From Candidatus Hermodarchaeota archaeon (GTDB lineage: Archaea > Asgardarchaeota > Heimdallarchaeia > Hodarchaeales > Hodarchaeaceae), in contig JBHLKY010000001.1 in the NCBI GenBank assembly GCA_048886185.1, positions 90,001 to 122,000 of the forward strand: DNA of 32,000 nucleotides, given 5' to 3'. The translations under genes were made by a program, and so were the position numbers. The notes beneath the pieces were generated by a model. That model did not search any database, had not been told where the DNA came from, and worked only from the letters and a program-made list of their open reading frames with translations. Every line of letters starts with the position of its first letter. Positions within the stretch are counted from its first letter, which is position 1. Positions 9,476 to 18,943 of the stretch are shown here, piece by piece.

Positions 9476-10009
9476 ATGGTAGAACAAGAAGAAATAATAC
9501 ATGATTCACGAATAGACACGAGTAGTAAAGCAGCAAACTTTCTCCAATGGTTCAATCCTTTTGCCCGTGGAATAGGGATGTGGGCGTGGTTACTTCAACG
9601 GATTACAGGTCTTCTTCTAATTATGTATGTAATTTTTCATTTTGGTATGATATTTACCCTAGCAGTGGACTTTATCTGGGGTTTAAATGCTGGTCAATTC
9701 TATAATAGTCTTATTCATTGGGTCAATTCACCAATTCTTCCTGATATCGCTCCTCTAAAATTCGGAGAAATCCAAATCAATATTCAAAATATAATTTCTA
9801 TTGGATATGGGATTGATATTGGAGTCATTGGGATTCTGGTATATCATGGGTTTAACGGGATTAGGGTTGTCCTGTTTGACTTAGGAATTGGTATTCATCG
9901 TCAGAAAACAATCTTCTGGATAATGGTTGTTTTAGGGGTTGTGACTTGGTTTTTAGCTTTACTATTAATTCTAATTGTTCCAGAAATTGTAATTTTATCA
10001 GGTGAGTGA
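9476..10009 (+). CDS. sdhC: Succinate dehydrogenase cytochrome b subunit (SdhC-like)
   Basis: GMWAWLLQRITG, IFHF, YHGFNGIRVVLFD. AGGTGG at 9465-9470 supports the ATG at 9476. Confidence 0.83.
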   Translation: MVEQEEIIHDSRIDTSSKAANFLQWFNPFARGIGMWAWLLQRITGLLLIMYVIFHFGMIFTLAVDFIWGLNAGQFYNSLIHWVNSPILPDIAPLKFGEIQINIQNIISIGYGIDIGVIGILVYHGFNGIRVVLFDLGIGIHRQKTIFWIMVVLGVVTWFLALLLILIVPEIVILSGE

Positions 10010-10014
10010 AAAAT

Positions 10015-11736
10015 ATGAAGATACACAGACATTCAATACTTGTCGTGGGGTCAGGTCTTGCAGGGATGCGTGCAGCAGTAGCAGCAAGAGAGAATGGAGC
10101 CGATGTGGCTGTTATTTCAATTTGTCAGCCTGTAAGAAGTCATTCTGTTGCAGCTCAAGGTGGAATTAATGCACCTTTAGGCAATAATCCAGAATCAAAA
10201 GATGATTCAGTCGAGCGACATGCCTTTGATACTGTAAAAGGTTCAGATTATCTAGCTGACCAACCAGCTGTAATCAAGATGATTGGATTAGCAAAAGAAA
10301 CAATTTATGAATTAGAACACTGGGGATGTCCTTTCTCTAGGTTTGAAGATGGGAGTATTGGCCAAAGACCATTTGGGGGCGCTGGTTATCCTAGAACTTG
10401 TTTCGCTGCTGACCGTACAGGCCACTCAGTACTTCATGTGGCTTGGGAAAGATCAGTAAAACTAGGTGTTCCTGTGTATGAAGATCGTCTTGTTGTCCGA
10501 CTCGTAGTAAAAGATAAAAAAGTAAATGGTCTTATTGTTTATAACTTTAGAACAGGAAACCTTGAAATGTGGGAGTGTGATGCAGCAATTTTTGCCACTG
10601 GTGGGGCTGGACAAATATATGGGGCAACTTCAAACGCCCTAGCTTGTAATGGTTTTGGTATGGCTGTAGCATATTGGGCAGGTATTGCTCTGAAAGATAT
10701 GGAGTTCATTCAATTTCATCCAACGACATTATACGGAAATAATGTTCTGATTTCCGAGGCAGCGCGAGGAGAAGGTGGTTACTTACGAAATAACAAGGGT
10801 GAGCGTTTCATGGAAAAGTATGCAGCAGAAAAAATGGAGCTTGCTCCTCGAGACATTGTTTCAAGGTCAATCTATCAAGAAGTGCTTGAAGGTCGTGGAT
10901 ATGGAACAAAAGAGAATGGCTATGTCCACCTCGATTTGACACACCTTCCAGCTGAACAAATACTTGAACGTCTTCCCCAGATTCGTGATCTTGCTTTACG
11001 TTTCACTGGTCAAGATATGGTAAAAGATCCAATTCCAGTGCAACCAGGTTTCCATTATGCGATGGGAGGCATTCATGTAGATGAAACCACAGCCAGTAAA
11101 GAAGTCGAAGGATTTTTCGCTTGTGGTGAATGTTCATGTGTTTCAGTACATGGTGCAAATCGTCTAGGTGGGAATTCTCTTTTGGAGTGTGCTGTTTTTG
11201 GAAAAGTTGCAGGTTTGGAGGCAGCTAAATATGTAAACGGAGTAACTGTTTCTCCTAACGCGAAATATATCATTTTTGAAGAACTACAAAAGCAACAAGA
11301 AAAACACAATTTTTGGTTCAGTGGTGAAGGTAAGAATGATCCTTTCAAGATCATGGAAGAGATGAGAGATACAATGAAATTGAAAGTGTTTGTTTATCGG
11401 GAAGAAGGCTCATTGACAGAGGCTCTCAATAAAATTAGAGAACTTAAGAAACGCTTTAAAGAAGGTGTTTATCTCAAATCTAAAGTTAAAGAGTACAATC
11501 GGGAATTGGAGTGGATTTTAGCTCTCGAAGGCATGTTGGATCTTTCCGAAGTGATTTGTATGGGTGCTCTTCAACGAAAAGAATGTCGTGGGAGCCATTG
11601 GCGATTGGATCATCTTGGTAGAGACGATAAGAACTTCTTGAAGCATACTTTGGCAAACTATATTGATGGTGAAGCAAAATTGAGCTATTTAGACGCTATT
11701 ATAACAAAATGGCAACCGGAGGAACGAAAGTACTAA
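10015..11736 (+). CDS. sdhA: Succinate dehydrogenase/fumarate reductase flavoprotein
   Basis: VVGSGLAG, covalent-FAD motif RSHSVAAQGG, QFHPT, EAARGEGG, LAPRD, HYAMGG, HGANRLGGNSL. GGTGA at 10001-10005 supports the ATG at 10015. Confidence 0.97.
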   Translation: MKIHRHSILVVGSGLAGMRAAVAARENGADVAVISICQPVRSHSVAAQGGINAPLGNNPESKDDSVERHAFDTVKGSDYLADQPAVIKMIGLAKETIYELEHWGCPFSRFEDGSIGQRPFGGAGYPRTCFAADRTGHSVLHVAWERSVKLGVPVYEDRLVVRLVVKDKKVNGLIVYNFRTGNLEMWECDAAIFATGGAGQIYGATSNALACNGFGMAVAYWAGIALKDMEFIQFHPTTLYGNNVLISEAARGEGGYLRNNKGERFMEKYAAEKMELAPRDIVSRSIYQEVLEGRGYGTKENGYVHLDLTHLPAEQILERLPQIRDLALRFTGQDMVKDPIPVQPGFHYAMGGIHVDETTASKEVEGFFACGECSCVSVHGANRLGGNSLLECAVFGKVAGLEAAKYVNGVTVSPNAKYIIFEELQKQQEKHNFWFSGEGKNDPFKIMEEMRDTMKLKVFVYREEGSLTEALNKIRELKKRFKEGVYLKSKVKEYNRELEWILALEGMLDLSEVICMGALQRKECRGSHWRLDHLGRDDKNFLKHTLANYIDGEAKLSYLDAIITKWQPEERKY

Positions 11737-11746
11737 GGTGATAAAA

Positions 11747-12478
11747 ATGAGTGAAACAAAGAAAATTACTTTCAAGATCAAACGTTTTAATCCAGCAAGG
11801 GATATCGAACCCTATTGGGATATATTTGAGCTAGATTGCGATGAAGGTACAACAATTTTGATTGCAATTCAAGAACTCATTGCTAAACAAGATGGTTCAA
11901 TTGCTATGAGATATAATTGCCGTGCTGGTGTTTGTGGCTCATGTGCTGTTCTAGTTAATAAGAAATATCGCTTAGCCTGTGAGACTCTTGTTCTTCAGCT
12001 TAAAAAAGATGTGATCAAATTAGAACCCTTACCTTTCTTTCCTGTTATCAAAGACCTAGTTGTTGATATGGATCCATTCTATGAGAAAGTTCTTGCTATC
12101 GATCCTTTCCTAATACGGGATCACTCTAAAGATCCCGAGACTGAACTCATCCAAAGTCCTGAAGACTTTAAAATCATCGAAGAAGCAACTAAATGTATTT
12201 TATGTGGTGCATGTCATAGTTCATGTGTATCAGTATGGACTGACAAGAATTATTTAGGCCCTGGAGCACTATTGAAAGCATTCCGGTTTACTAAAGATAC
12301 TAGAGACGAAAACACCAAAAGTCGTGTCAAACGAGTGTCTGCTGAAGATGGAGTTTTCCGTTGTCATACAGCCTTCAATTGCGTCGAGGCTTGTCCGAAA
12401 GAACTTAATCCGACTGAAGCTATTCAGGCTTTGAAACGACAGGCAGCAAAACAAGCTCTTAAATTTTGGTCTCGTTAA
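11747..12478 (+). CDS. sdhB: Succinate dehydrogenase iron-sulfur subunit
   Basis: CRAGVCGSC...C (2Fe-2S), CILCGACHSSC (4Fe-4S), CHTAFNCVEACP (3Fe-4S type). AGGTGA upstream of the ATG at 11747. Confidence 0.96.
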   Translation: MSETKKITFKIKRFNPARDIEPYWDIFELDCDEGTTILIAIQELIAKQDGSIAMRYNCRAGVCGSCAVLVNKKYRLACETLVLQLKKDVIKLEPLPFFPVIKDLVVDMDPFYEKVLAIDPFLIRDHSKDPETELIQSPEDFKIIEEATKCILCGACHSSCVSVWTDKNYLGPGALLKAFRFTKDTRDENTKSRVKRVSAEDGVFRCHTAFNCVEACPKELNPTEAIQALKRQAAKQALKFWSR

Positions 12479-12729
12479 AAACATTCATAAGGCTACAAAT
12501 GGCAAGAGATATTGTCATTAATCCTTTTCCCTCTTTTTATGAAAATTTTGATAAAAAATTTATTCTACATTAGAAATGTGGATTTTTTATGAATTTTTAG
12601 AAGTTAAAACTAGATAATTCTTAAAGCTATATTGTATTCATAAGTTAAAAGGAATAGAATTTTTATTATTACAAAAAAATTCATTTTATCAGTTTTTCAC
12701 ATACCTATAGTTTGAGAATTGTGATTACT

Positions 12730-13626
12730 ATGGCTGAAACGTTTGATAACACGATAATTGAGAATACAGCTGTTAAGTTGCTCAAGTTTGCTGCAACTCA
12801 ACTGCCTAATGATGTTTCCGAAGCATTGAAAACCATGTACAATCAAGAAACGAAGCCTACAAGTAAAGCTGCTTTAAAAACGATTGTAGACAACTTTACC
12901 ATTGCTAATGAGACATCTACTCCCATGTGTCAAGACACAGGGATACATATCTACTATGTGAATATTGGCGAAAAATTTCCCAAAGTTGAGGGTATTCAAG
13001 AAACACTTAGGAAGGCATCGGCTCGTGCAACCAAAGAAGTGCCTCTAAGACCAAATGCGGTCAATCCAATTGTTGGTGGAAATTCTGGGGACAATACAGG
13101 TAATCATATTCCGTTTATAAATTTTGATTTTATTCCTGGAGCAGATTACTTGGAGATTACTGCTTTTCCCAAAGGTGGTGGATCAGAAAATATGTGTGCC
13201 TTGGGAATGCTTAAACCAGGTCAAGGTATTAATGGCGTGAAAAAATTCGTAATTGACACCATCATGAATGCAGGTGGTCAACCCTGCCCACCAGTTGTTG
13301 TAGGAGTTGGTATAGGTGGTGGTGCAGACATTGCACTTAAACTCGGGAAAAAACAATTACTACGTCCACTTGGGGAAAGACATCATGATCCTGAGATAGC
13401 CAAACTTGAGGAGGATCTATTGAAGGCAATTAACATGACTGGCATTGGTTCTATGGGACTAGGCGGTGATGTTTCTACAGCTTTAGATGTAAAAATTGAC
13501 TACGCTCATAGACATCCTGCATCTCTTCCTGCAGCAGTAGTTATTCAATGTTGGGCTGCTAGAAGAGCCACAGCTCGAATTTATCCTGATGAACGAGTAG
13601 AGTTCTTAACTCATAAGGAGGCATAA
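12730..13626 (+). CDS. fumA: Class I (Fe-S) fumarate hydratase alpha subunit
   Basis: PMCQDTG, PKGGGSEN, GQPCPP, CWAAR. Tartrate dehydratase is in the same family, but context favours fumarase. Confidence 0.88.
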   Translation: MAETFDNTIIENTAVKLLKFAATQLPNDVSEALKTMYNQETKPTSKAALKTIVDNFTIANETSTPMCQDTGIHIYYVNIGEKFPKVEGIQETLRKASARATKEVPLRPNAVNPIVGGNSGDNTGNHIPFINFDFIPGADYLEITAFPKGGGSENMCALGMLKPGQGINGVKKFVIDTIMNAGGQPCPPVVVGVGIGGGADIALKLGKKQLLRPLGERHHDPEIAKLEEDLLKAINMTGIGSMGLGGDVSTALDVKIDYAHRHPASLPAAVVIQCWAARRATARIYPDERVEFLTHKEA

Positions 13627-13628
13627 TT

Positions 13629-14234
13629 ATGGCTGAATTTCATTTTACGACCCCTATTTCAAAAGAAGATGTACAAAAAGTTAAGATAGGAGATGTAATC
13701 TACATTTCGGGGACTGTTTTTACAGCCCGCGATGAAGCTCACGAGAGAGCGTTACACCTTGCAAAAAAAGGTGAAAAAATGCCCATTGATTTCGAAGGCT
13801 TAGCTGTTTATCATTGTGGCCCAGTAGTGAGACAAGTAGGAGATGAATGGGAAATTGTTGCAGCAGGACCTACAACCTCAACGCGAATGGATCTATTTGA
13901 GGATGAATTCATTAAAACATTCAATGTGAACGTTATTATCGGTAAGGGTGGTATGGGGGATAGAACAGCTAAAGCTATGAGGGAATATAAAGCAATCTAT
14001 ACTGCCTTCGTGGGTGGTGCTGCAGTAGTAGCTGCTAAAGGGATTAAACGGGTAAAAGAGGTTCATTGGTTAGATCTTGGAACTCCTGAATGCTTATGGG
14101 TTCTAGAAGTTGATAAATTTGGGCCTTTAATCGTTGGTATCGACTCAAACGGTGATAGTCTTTTTAAAGATGTAGCTCTGAAAGCTCAAGAAAATTTAGG
14201 TAAAATAGGCGAATTTTTAGGTATTACCTTTTAA
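13629..14234 (+). CDS. fumB: Class I fumarate hydratase beta subunit
   Basis: TARDEAH, YHCGP, GPTTSTRM, GKGGM. GGAGG ribosome-binding site. Confidence 0.88.
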   Translation: MAEFHFTTPISKEDVQKVKIGDVIYISGTVFTARDEAHERALHLAKKGEKMPIDFEGLAVYHCGPVVRQVGDEWEIVAAGPTTSTRMDLFEDEFIKTFNVNVIIGKGGMGDRTAKAMREYKAIYTAFVGGAAVVAAKGIKRVKEVHWLDLGTPECLWVLEVDKFGPLIVGIDSNGDSLFKDVALKAQENLGKIGEFLGITF

Positions 14235-14304
14235 GTAAGCATCATATAGGTAATATAAGCACTAAATAAATTCCTTATCAACTTAATTTTTTTTTAAGAA
14301 TTTA

Positions 14305-15441
14305 TTGGAGGTTCACACAATTCGTCTTCTCGAATATGAAAGTAAAGAAATTTTCAACGAATTTAATATTCCCCTTGCTGAGCGTCTTGTGATCACAAAA
14401 GGGGAAGATATTGAAGAAAAAATAAGCAATTTCAACTTCCCTGCAATAGTAAAGAGTCAAATAGCAGTTGGCAGTCGAAAGAAACGAGGTCTCATTAAAA
14501 TTGCTCAAACAAGTGATGAAGCACTTTCAATGTGTACTGAGTTCTTTAGTAGAAAAGTGGGAGAGTATGGAGTCGAAGCAATCCTGATAGAAGGACTTGC
14601 TGATATAAAACACGAATATTACTGTTCAATTGCTTTAGATTCCTCTGGTAGGCGTTTCGTTCTCATTGCTAGTGCGGAAGGGGGAATTGACATTGAGGAG
14701 GTTGCTGCTACTCGGCCAGAAGCAATAATAAAAGAAAATATATCTATAACTGAAGGCTTGAGTAAAGAAGCTGCTAGAGGTGTTGCTGAGAAATTAGGTT
14801 TTTCAGGTGCATTTCTTAACTCTGCTACAGACCTTTTTCTGAAATTGTGGAAAATAACAATTGAGAAAGAAGCTCAGCTTGTCGAGATAAATCCATTGGT
14901 ACTCACTCCTTCAGGATTAGTCGCTGTTGATGGAAAAATGACTTTAGATGACAATGCTGCGTTTCGCCAAGAGCTTATCATAGAACTACGCAAGCATAAG
15001 CTTAGTGAGCTAGAAAAGACAGCCCAAAGAGTGGGATTTTCTTTTGTTGAACTTGATGGTGAGATTGGTATTCTAGCAAACGGAGCGGGGTTGACAATGG
15101 CTTTACTTGACGTTCTAGCTCAACATGGATTAGCGGGGATGAATTTTCTAGATGTTGGTGGAGGCGCTAGTAAAGAACGGGTATATGAAGCTCTTAAACT
15201 TATTTATACGATGAATCCCAAAGCTGTCTTAATAAATATTTATGGTGGCATTACAAGATGTGATGTTGTAGCAGAGGCGATATTACAGACAATGGAGGAA
15301 TTTCCAGATGCCCCTCCAATGGTAATTCGATTAACTGGAACCCGAGAGGCTGAGGGAGTCGCAATACTCAAAAATGCTGGGATAAATGCCTATCAAGATA
15401 TGATGGATGCTGTTGGTAAGCTTAAAGAGGTTATGACCTAA
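14305..15441 (+). CDS. sucC: Succinyl-CoA synthetase beta subunit (start either TTG 14305 or ATT 14320)
   Basis: RLLEYESK, ASAEGGIDIEEV, VEINPL, DGKMTLDDNA, NGAGLTM, NFLDVGGGA, GGITRCD. Confidence 0.9.
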   Translation: MEVHTIRLLEYESKEIFNEFNIPLAERLVITKGEDIEEKISNFNFPAIVKSQIAVGSRKKRGLIKIAQTSDEALSMCTEFFSRKVGEYGVEAILIEGLADIKHEYYCSIALDSSGRRFVLIASAEGGIDIEEVAATRPEAIIKENISITEGLSKEAARGVAEKLGFSGAFLNSATDLFLKLWKITIEKEAQLVEINPLVLTPSGLVAVDGKMTLDDNAAFRQELIIELRKHKLSELEKTAQRVGFSFVELDGEIGILANGAGLTMALLDVLAQHGLAGMNFLDVGGGASKERVYEALKLIYTMNPKAVLINIYGGITRCDVVAEAILQTMEEFPDAPPMVIRLTGTREAEGVAILKNAGINAYQDMMDAVGKLKEVMT

Positions 15442-15450
15442 GAAGGTGGA

Positions 15451-16317
15451 ATGATGTACATTAGCGAAGATTCAAAAGTCGTAGTTCAAGGCATTACTGG
15501 CAATCAAGGACAGTTCCATACCCAATTAATGCTTGAGTATGGTACTAAGGTTGTTGCTGGAGTGACTCCCAAAAAGGGTGGGCAAGAAGTTCTTGGTATT
15601 TCGGTATATAATACTGTCCAAGAGGCAGTTAGAGAGCATGGAGTCGATACAAGTATTATTTTTGTTCCCGCTCGGTTCACCTATGGCGCTGTTATGGAAA
15701 GTTTGGGTGCAGGAATTAATATGACATGTATTATAAGCGAAGGTGTCCCTGTTTTTGATATGGTTCGCCTTGTGGAGACGGCTAAAGCAAGAAAATTAAA
15801 CATAATTGGCCCAAATACTCCAGGAATGTTAATCCCTGATAAAATTAAATTAGGAATTATGCCAAGTGATATGGCCCACTTTGGTAATGTGGCAGTCATT
15901 GCTAAGAGCGGGACGTTGTCATATGAAATCACAAAAGCCCTTGGTAACGCCAATATTGGAGTTTCTGCATATATTGGAATTGGAGGGGATCCAGTTCGTG
16001 GAAAAACTTTAACAGAAGCTTTTGATTATTATGTTAAGGACATTGGGACTAGAGTAATCGTATTAATCGGTGAAATAGGTGGTGATGACGAAGAGAAAGT
16101 TGCTCAGTATATCAAAGAACAAAAGGTTGACAAACCTGTTGTAGCATATATTGCAGGTAAAAGTGCTCCTGAAGGTAAGCGAATGGGTCATGCCGGTGCT
16201 ATAATCTCAGGAAATGTTGGAACAGCACAAGGAAAAATAGATGCTCTTGAAGATGTTGGTGCCAAAGTCACTGATACTCCTTGGGAGATTCCCAAAGCAG
16301 TTAAAACCTACTTATAA
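15451..16317 (+). CDS. sucD: Succinyl-CoA synthetase alpha subunit
   Basis: VQGITG, GVTPKKGG, IIGPNTPG, SGTLSYE, GIGGDP, GEIGG and phospho-His loop RMGHAGAI. Confidence 0.94.
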   Translation: MMYISEDSKVVVQGITGNQGQFHTQLMLEYGTKVVAGVTPKKGGQEVLGISVYNTVQEAVREHGVDTSIIFVPARFTYGAVMESLGAGINMTCIISEGVPVFDMVRLVETAKARKLNIIGPNTPGMLIPDKIKLGIMPSDMAHFGNVAVIAKSGTLSYEITKALGNANIGVSAYIGIGGDPVRGKTLTEAFDYYVKDIGTRVIVLIGEIGGDDEEKVAQYIKEQKVDKPVVAYIAGKSAPEGKRMGHAGAIISGNVGTAQGKIDALEDVGAKVTDTPWEIPKAVKTYL

Positions 16318-16350
16318 GTCAAATGAGGTCTTAATGAGTATTCTAAACTT

Positions 16351-16362
16351 CCTCCTCTTTTT
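16351..16362 (+). terminator. Pyrimidine-rich terminator after sucD
   Basis: CCTCCTCTTTTT 33 nt after the stop; a second CCTCCCTTTTT lies at 16487-16497. Confidence 0.5.
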
Positions 16363-16531
16363 CCACTCCCTCTTTAGGATTGTATGTCTCATTGTTAGAC
16401 TTCGACATTTAAAAAATCACTTTGAGTCTTGAGACTATGTCTTAATCGTTTAATTTGACGGTAAATATGAGACCTCTCGGACTTCTCCTCCCTTTTTATA
16501 CTTTAAAAAAGTTTTTAAATAATTAAAATGT

Positions 16532-17086
16532 TCAAAATGATCTTAATTTATGATTTAATAGTATATTTTCAGTTTTCTTCGTTAAACCAAGCTCATCAAT
16601 TTCTGAATCAGATAAAACTCGTTGTTCTAAACAATCAAAAATTTCTCCTTTAATTAATTGATAGCGAAATTCAAAAATATCACTATGCTCACTTGTAGCA
16701 ATCACTACGATTTGTGTTTCACAATGGGGACACGATAATACGGGGAAGTTACTTATAAGGATTGAGGAGGAGACATAAACAATATCACCTGATTCTGGGA
16801 GATCACGGTAACAATTATCCATAAAAGGAAGAATGGTCTGTAAACAATTAGGACAGGCCCATTCTTTAATCACATATTGTAAAAAAAGCTGAACAATTGA
16901 GTTTAGAGAACCAAGAAGTTTCCTATTGAGTAGATTTTCTATTTTATCATGATAAAGGTAAGCATCCCAGACTATATCAGCGTAGTTGTGTTTAATATGC
17001 TGTCTGAATAATATTGGGTCTGTTAAGTCTTCATCCATCACTCTACCTCGCTCTGCTAGAGATTCACTTTCCTTATCCCAAAACAA
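16532..17086 (-). CDS. Hypothetical protein with two CxxC motifs (putative Zn ribbon)
   Basis: 184-aa ORF filling an otherwise empty gap; WACPNC and LSCPHC. Start uncertain. Confidence 0.65.
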   Translation of the reverse strand: MFWDKESESLAERGRVMDEDLTDPILFRQHIKHNYADIVWDAYLYHDKIENLLNRKLLGSLNSIVQLFLQYVIKEWACPNCLQTILPFMDNCYRDLPESGDIVYVSSSILISNFPVLSCPHCETQIVVIATSEHSDIFEFRYQLIKGEIFDCLEQRVLSDSEIDELGLTKKTENILLNHKLRSF

Positions 17087-17173
17087 TTAATTATTTTTCT
17101 CAAATATTGGGAGTTCACCTACCACCATTTAAAAGAACTTTGTTCAAGGACAGAATCATTTGAATTCACATAG

Positions 17174-18943
17174 GTGCTAATATTGTCATTTTTCTTTCAG
17201 AAGTATGAAAAAAAGCTGAGAAGCATGCAGAAGGTCCATTCTGATAAGCGTATTGATCTAGCAAAAGCATTAAAGGAAATATTAAGACCTAAAATGCTGA
17301 TTCATTTTGCCTGTGTTAGCGCATTGCCTTATTCATCAGTTAGAGAGATTATCAGGCAAATTAAAGGAAGGAATTTCGATTTTGAGGTGATTTCTTTAGG
17401 TTCAGCGAGCCAAATTCAGATGTTAGTTGCTGAAGGTTTAGTAAAGAAATTGATAACAAGCTATATAGGAGACGTCTATCCAAGACCAGGTATTTCACCT
17501 GTTTTTCAGCGTGCTGTCGAGAATGGGCTCGAAATTGAGCAGTGGTCTTTGATGACTTTAGCTCTTCGTTTATATGCTGGTGCTCTTCACCTAGATTTCA
17601 TTCCGACAAATTCTCTCATCAACAGTTCAATGGGGATTGATAACAAAAAGTCTTTTCGAATCATTGCTAATCCTTTTGATACCACACAAGAGGTTGCTAT
17701 TATATCAAAATTAGTTCCTGAATTGAGTATTATTCATGCATGGGCCTCTGATCAATTAGGGAACACCTTAATTTTTCCACCGTATAGTGAGAACCTTTGG
17801 GGATGTTTTGCGGCTAATAAAGTTCTTGTTACAGCAGAGAAGATAGTGAGTCCACAGGTCATTAGAGAAATGGCGAATAGTCATCAATGCCTAACTCTTC
17901 CTGGTGCTGTTGTCGATCATATAGCCGAATCACCATTTGGAGGACATCCTGGTTCTCATTACGGTCCTTGGGGGTCTGGTTATGATATTGACCTTGATCA
18001 TCTGATTAACTTTCGGGAATCAGCTAAAGAAGCAGAAGAAATATCATCTTGGATAAAAGAATGGATTCATGAGACAAATTCCGAATCATATATCCAAAAA
18101 GCAGGAGTGGAGCGATTAATCCAAAATTTAGGACGTTTGAATGAATCATATTGGAAATGGGCTATCATTGACAAAAGAACCAAAATACAAATAGAACAGC
18201 CTGCAACAACAATTGAGAAGATGATTTGGGCTGCAACAGAGATAATAAGGGAACGAGTTCAAGAGAAAGACTATACAACTATCTTGGCTGGTCAAGGAGT
18301 CTCTAATCTTGCGGCATGGCTTTCTGTGTATTCACTTTATGAAAATGGACGCGATATCAATCTTTGTGCTGAGGTTGGGTTTTATGGTTACCAACCAAAG
18401 CCAGCAAGTCCGTATATCTTTGAATTCAATAATCTTAGATCATCAGCAGCAATTATTGATTCTATTATGACTCTTGGGGCATTATTACGTTCTACTAGAA
18501 GCCTTGGAGTTCTTGGTGCTGGTCAAATTGATCAGTTTGGTAACATAAACTCTACTAGGGTTGATTCTTTCATCCTTTTTGGCTCTGGAGGTGCCAATGA
18601 TGCAGGATCGAATGCTCAAGAAATTATTGTACTTCTACCACTTAGATATGGACGATTTCCTACCAAGGTATCTTATATTACTGTCCCAGGAGAAAATGTT
18701 TCGATATGTGTGACGACTGAAGGGATTTTCGAAAAGGTAAATAGCAATAAATTTATTTTAACTGGGTACATTGGTGATATTTCTGAAGAAGATCAGATTA
18801 TTGATAATATCAAAGAGAAAATTGACTGGGAAGTGGAGATTCAAAAACCTCTAAAGAGTTTTGCAGATCCTACGGCAGATTGGTTGGAATTTTTGAGATC
18901 TTTTGACCCTGACAGGTATTTCCTGGGACGGTTCATTGAATGA
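17174..18943 (+). CDS. Fused alpha+beta family I CoA-transferase (glutaconate CoA-transferase GctAB-like); probable start ATG 17225
   Basis: Alpha half: LRLYAGALHLDFIP, IIHAWASDQLGN, VLVTAEKIV, PFGGHP. Beta half: LAGQG, CAEVG (catalytic-Glu position), GAGQIDQFGNINST, GSGGAND. Confidence 0.82.
   Translation: MLILSFFFQKYEKKLRSMQKVHSDKRIDLAKALKEILRPKMLIHFACVSALPYSSVREIIRQIKGRNFDFEVISLGSASQIQMLVAEGLVKKLITSYIGDVYPRPGISPVFQRAVENGLEIEQWSLMTLALRLYAGALHLDFIPTNSLINSSMGIDNKKSFRIIANPFDTTQEVAIISKLVPELSIIHAWASDQLGNTLIFPPYSENLWGCFAANKVLVTAEKIVSPQVIREMANSHQCLTLPGAVVDHIAESPFGGHPGSHYGPWGSGYDIDLDHLINFRESAKEAEEISSWIKEWIHETNSESYIQKAGVERLIQNLGRLNESYWKWAIIDKRTKIQIEQPATTIEKMIWAATEIIRERVQEKDYTTILAGQGVSNLAAWLSVYSLYENGRDINLCAEVGFYGYQPKPASPYIFEFNNLRSSAAIIDSIMTLGALLRSTRSLGVLGAGQIDQFGNINSTRVDSFILFGSGGANDAGSNAQEIIVLLPLRYGRFPTKVSYITVPGENVSICVTTEGIFEKVNSNKFILTGYIGDISEEDQIIDNIKEKIDWEVEIQKPLKSFADPTADWLEFLRSFDPDRYFLGRFIE

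Noticed and set aside
14305-16317. sucCD as citryl-CoA synthetase (two-step citrate cleavage)
   Set aside because: A complete ACL is present, no stand-alone citryl-CoA lyase is seen, and the position after fumAB fits SCS.
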